A stretch of 63,545 bases of DNA, the filler included, from Octopus bimaculoides (lineage: Eukaryota): the NCBI RefSeq assembly GCF_001194135.2. It is 8 parts of 8 records of this genome, joined end to end, with 100 filler letters (N's around TTAATTAATTAA, not from the genome) between each part and the next. Parts side by side here need not be neighbours in the genome. Positions count along the whole stretch, not along the records: positions 61,460 to 63,545 come from NW_026433461.1; 7 more parts are not named here. One strand, 5' to 3'. The stretch's first letter is position 1, and every line of letters starts with the position of its first letter. This document shows, piece after piece, positions 63,180 to 63,545 of the stretch. The notes beneath the pieces were generated by a model, which saw only the letters and a program-made list of their open reading frames with translations, did not search any database and was not told the origin of the DNA. The position numbers and the translations under genes were made by a program.

Positions 63180-63545
63180 CGTCGTATAACTGAACACGTA
63201 ACCAGATACATGTTACGTACGGCAGAATAGTGTCTTCGAATAATTAAACATAAACTCGATGCATTTGTCTCAAACGTTGTGATTCAAACAACGAAAGCGT
63301 AAGCCGAACATTAAACGCACTCACAGACACCTACATAGCGTCAATCGAACAGCATATTAATTACACACACACACACACACACACACACCATACACACAGT
63401 GACTGAATTCGTTAGGAAACACGTACAGTAATTTTCGATAGAACACGACGGCAAACTTGTCACCACTCTCTGGTTTTCAGCTAGGCGTGCACATTCGCGT
63501 GCAAATATATGTGTGTGTGTGTGTGTGTGCGCGCGCGCGTGTGTG

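Noticed and set aside
314-63211. Numerous ORF-track entries rich in YI/CV/HT/X or in homopolymeric residues
   Set aside because: They are translations of (TA)n, (CA)n and trinucleotide microsatellites or of N gaps, with no protein signal.

Overview
AT-rich, microsatellite-dense animal genomic DNA from a gapped draft scaffold. The SINE/MITE landscape resembles that of octopods; this is an inference and was not checked against a database. The only well-supported host genes are a cluster of three paralogous GAF-domain cyclic-nucleotide phosphodiesterases of the PDE5/PDE6/PDE11 family: PDE-A (25732-28872, +), PDE-B (about 36712-39343, -, gapped) and PDE-C (about 39445-41718, +, 5' end in a gap). 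All visible coding sequence lacks introns, which suggests a retrogene that then duplicated locally. PDE-A and PDE-C end in CaaX prenylation boxes (CVIA, CTIS), as vertebrate and Drosophila PDE6 do. All three carry long post-catalytic tails of about 290-330 aa. The PDE-B and PDE-C tails share positionally conserved TQT-type (LC8/DYNLL-binding-like) motifs. PDE-C keeps its metal ligands, but the invariant purine-selecting Gln and its orienting Gln are both replaced by Glu. PDE-B and PDE-C lie head-to-head with about 98% identical inner arms but much more diverged catalytic domains. The rest of the window is tRNA-derived SINEs (at least four families), hAT and piggyBac-type MITEs, and decayed Tc1, mariner, Merlin, Penelope, L1/Tx1, CR1-like and RLE-type fragments. 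It also holds mini- and microsatellites and N gaps, some padded with an artificial TTAATTAATTAA linker.
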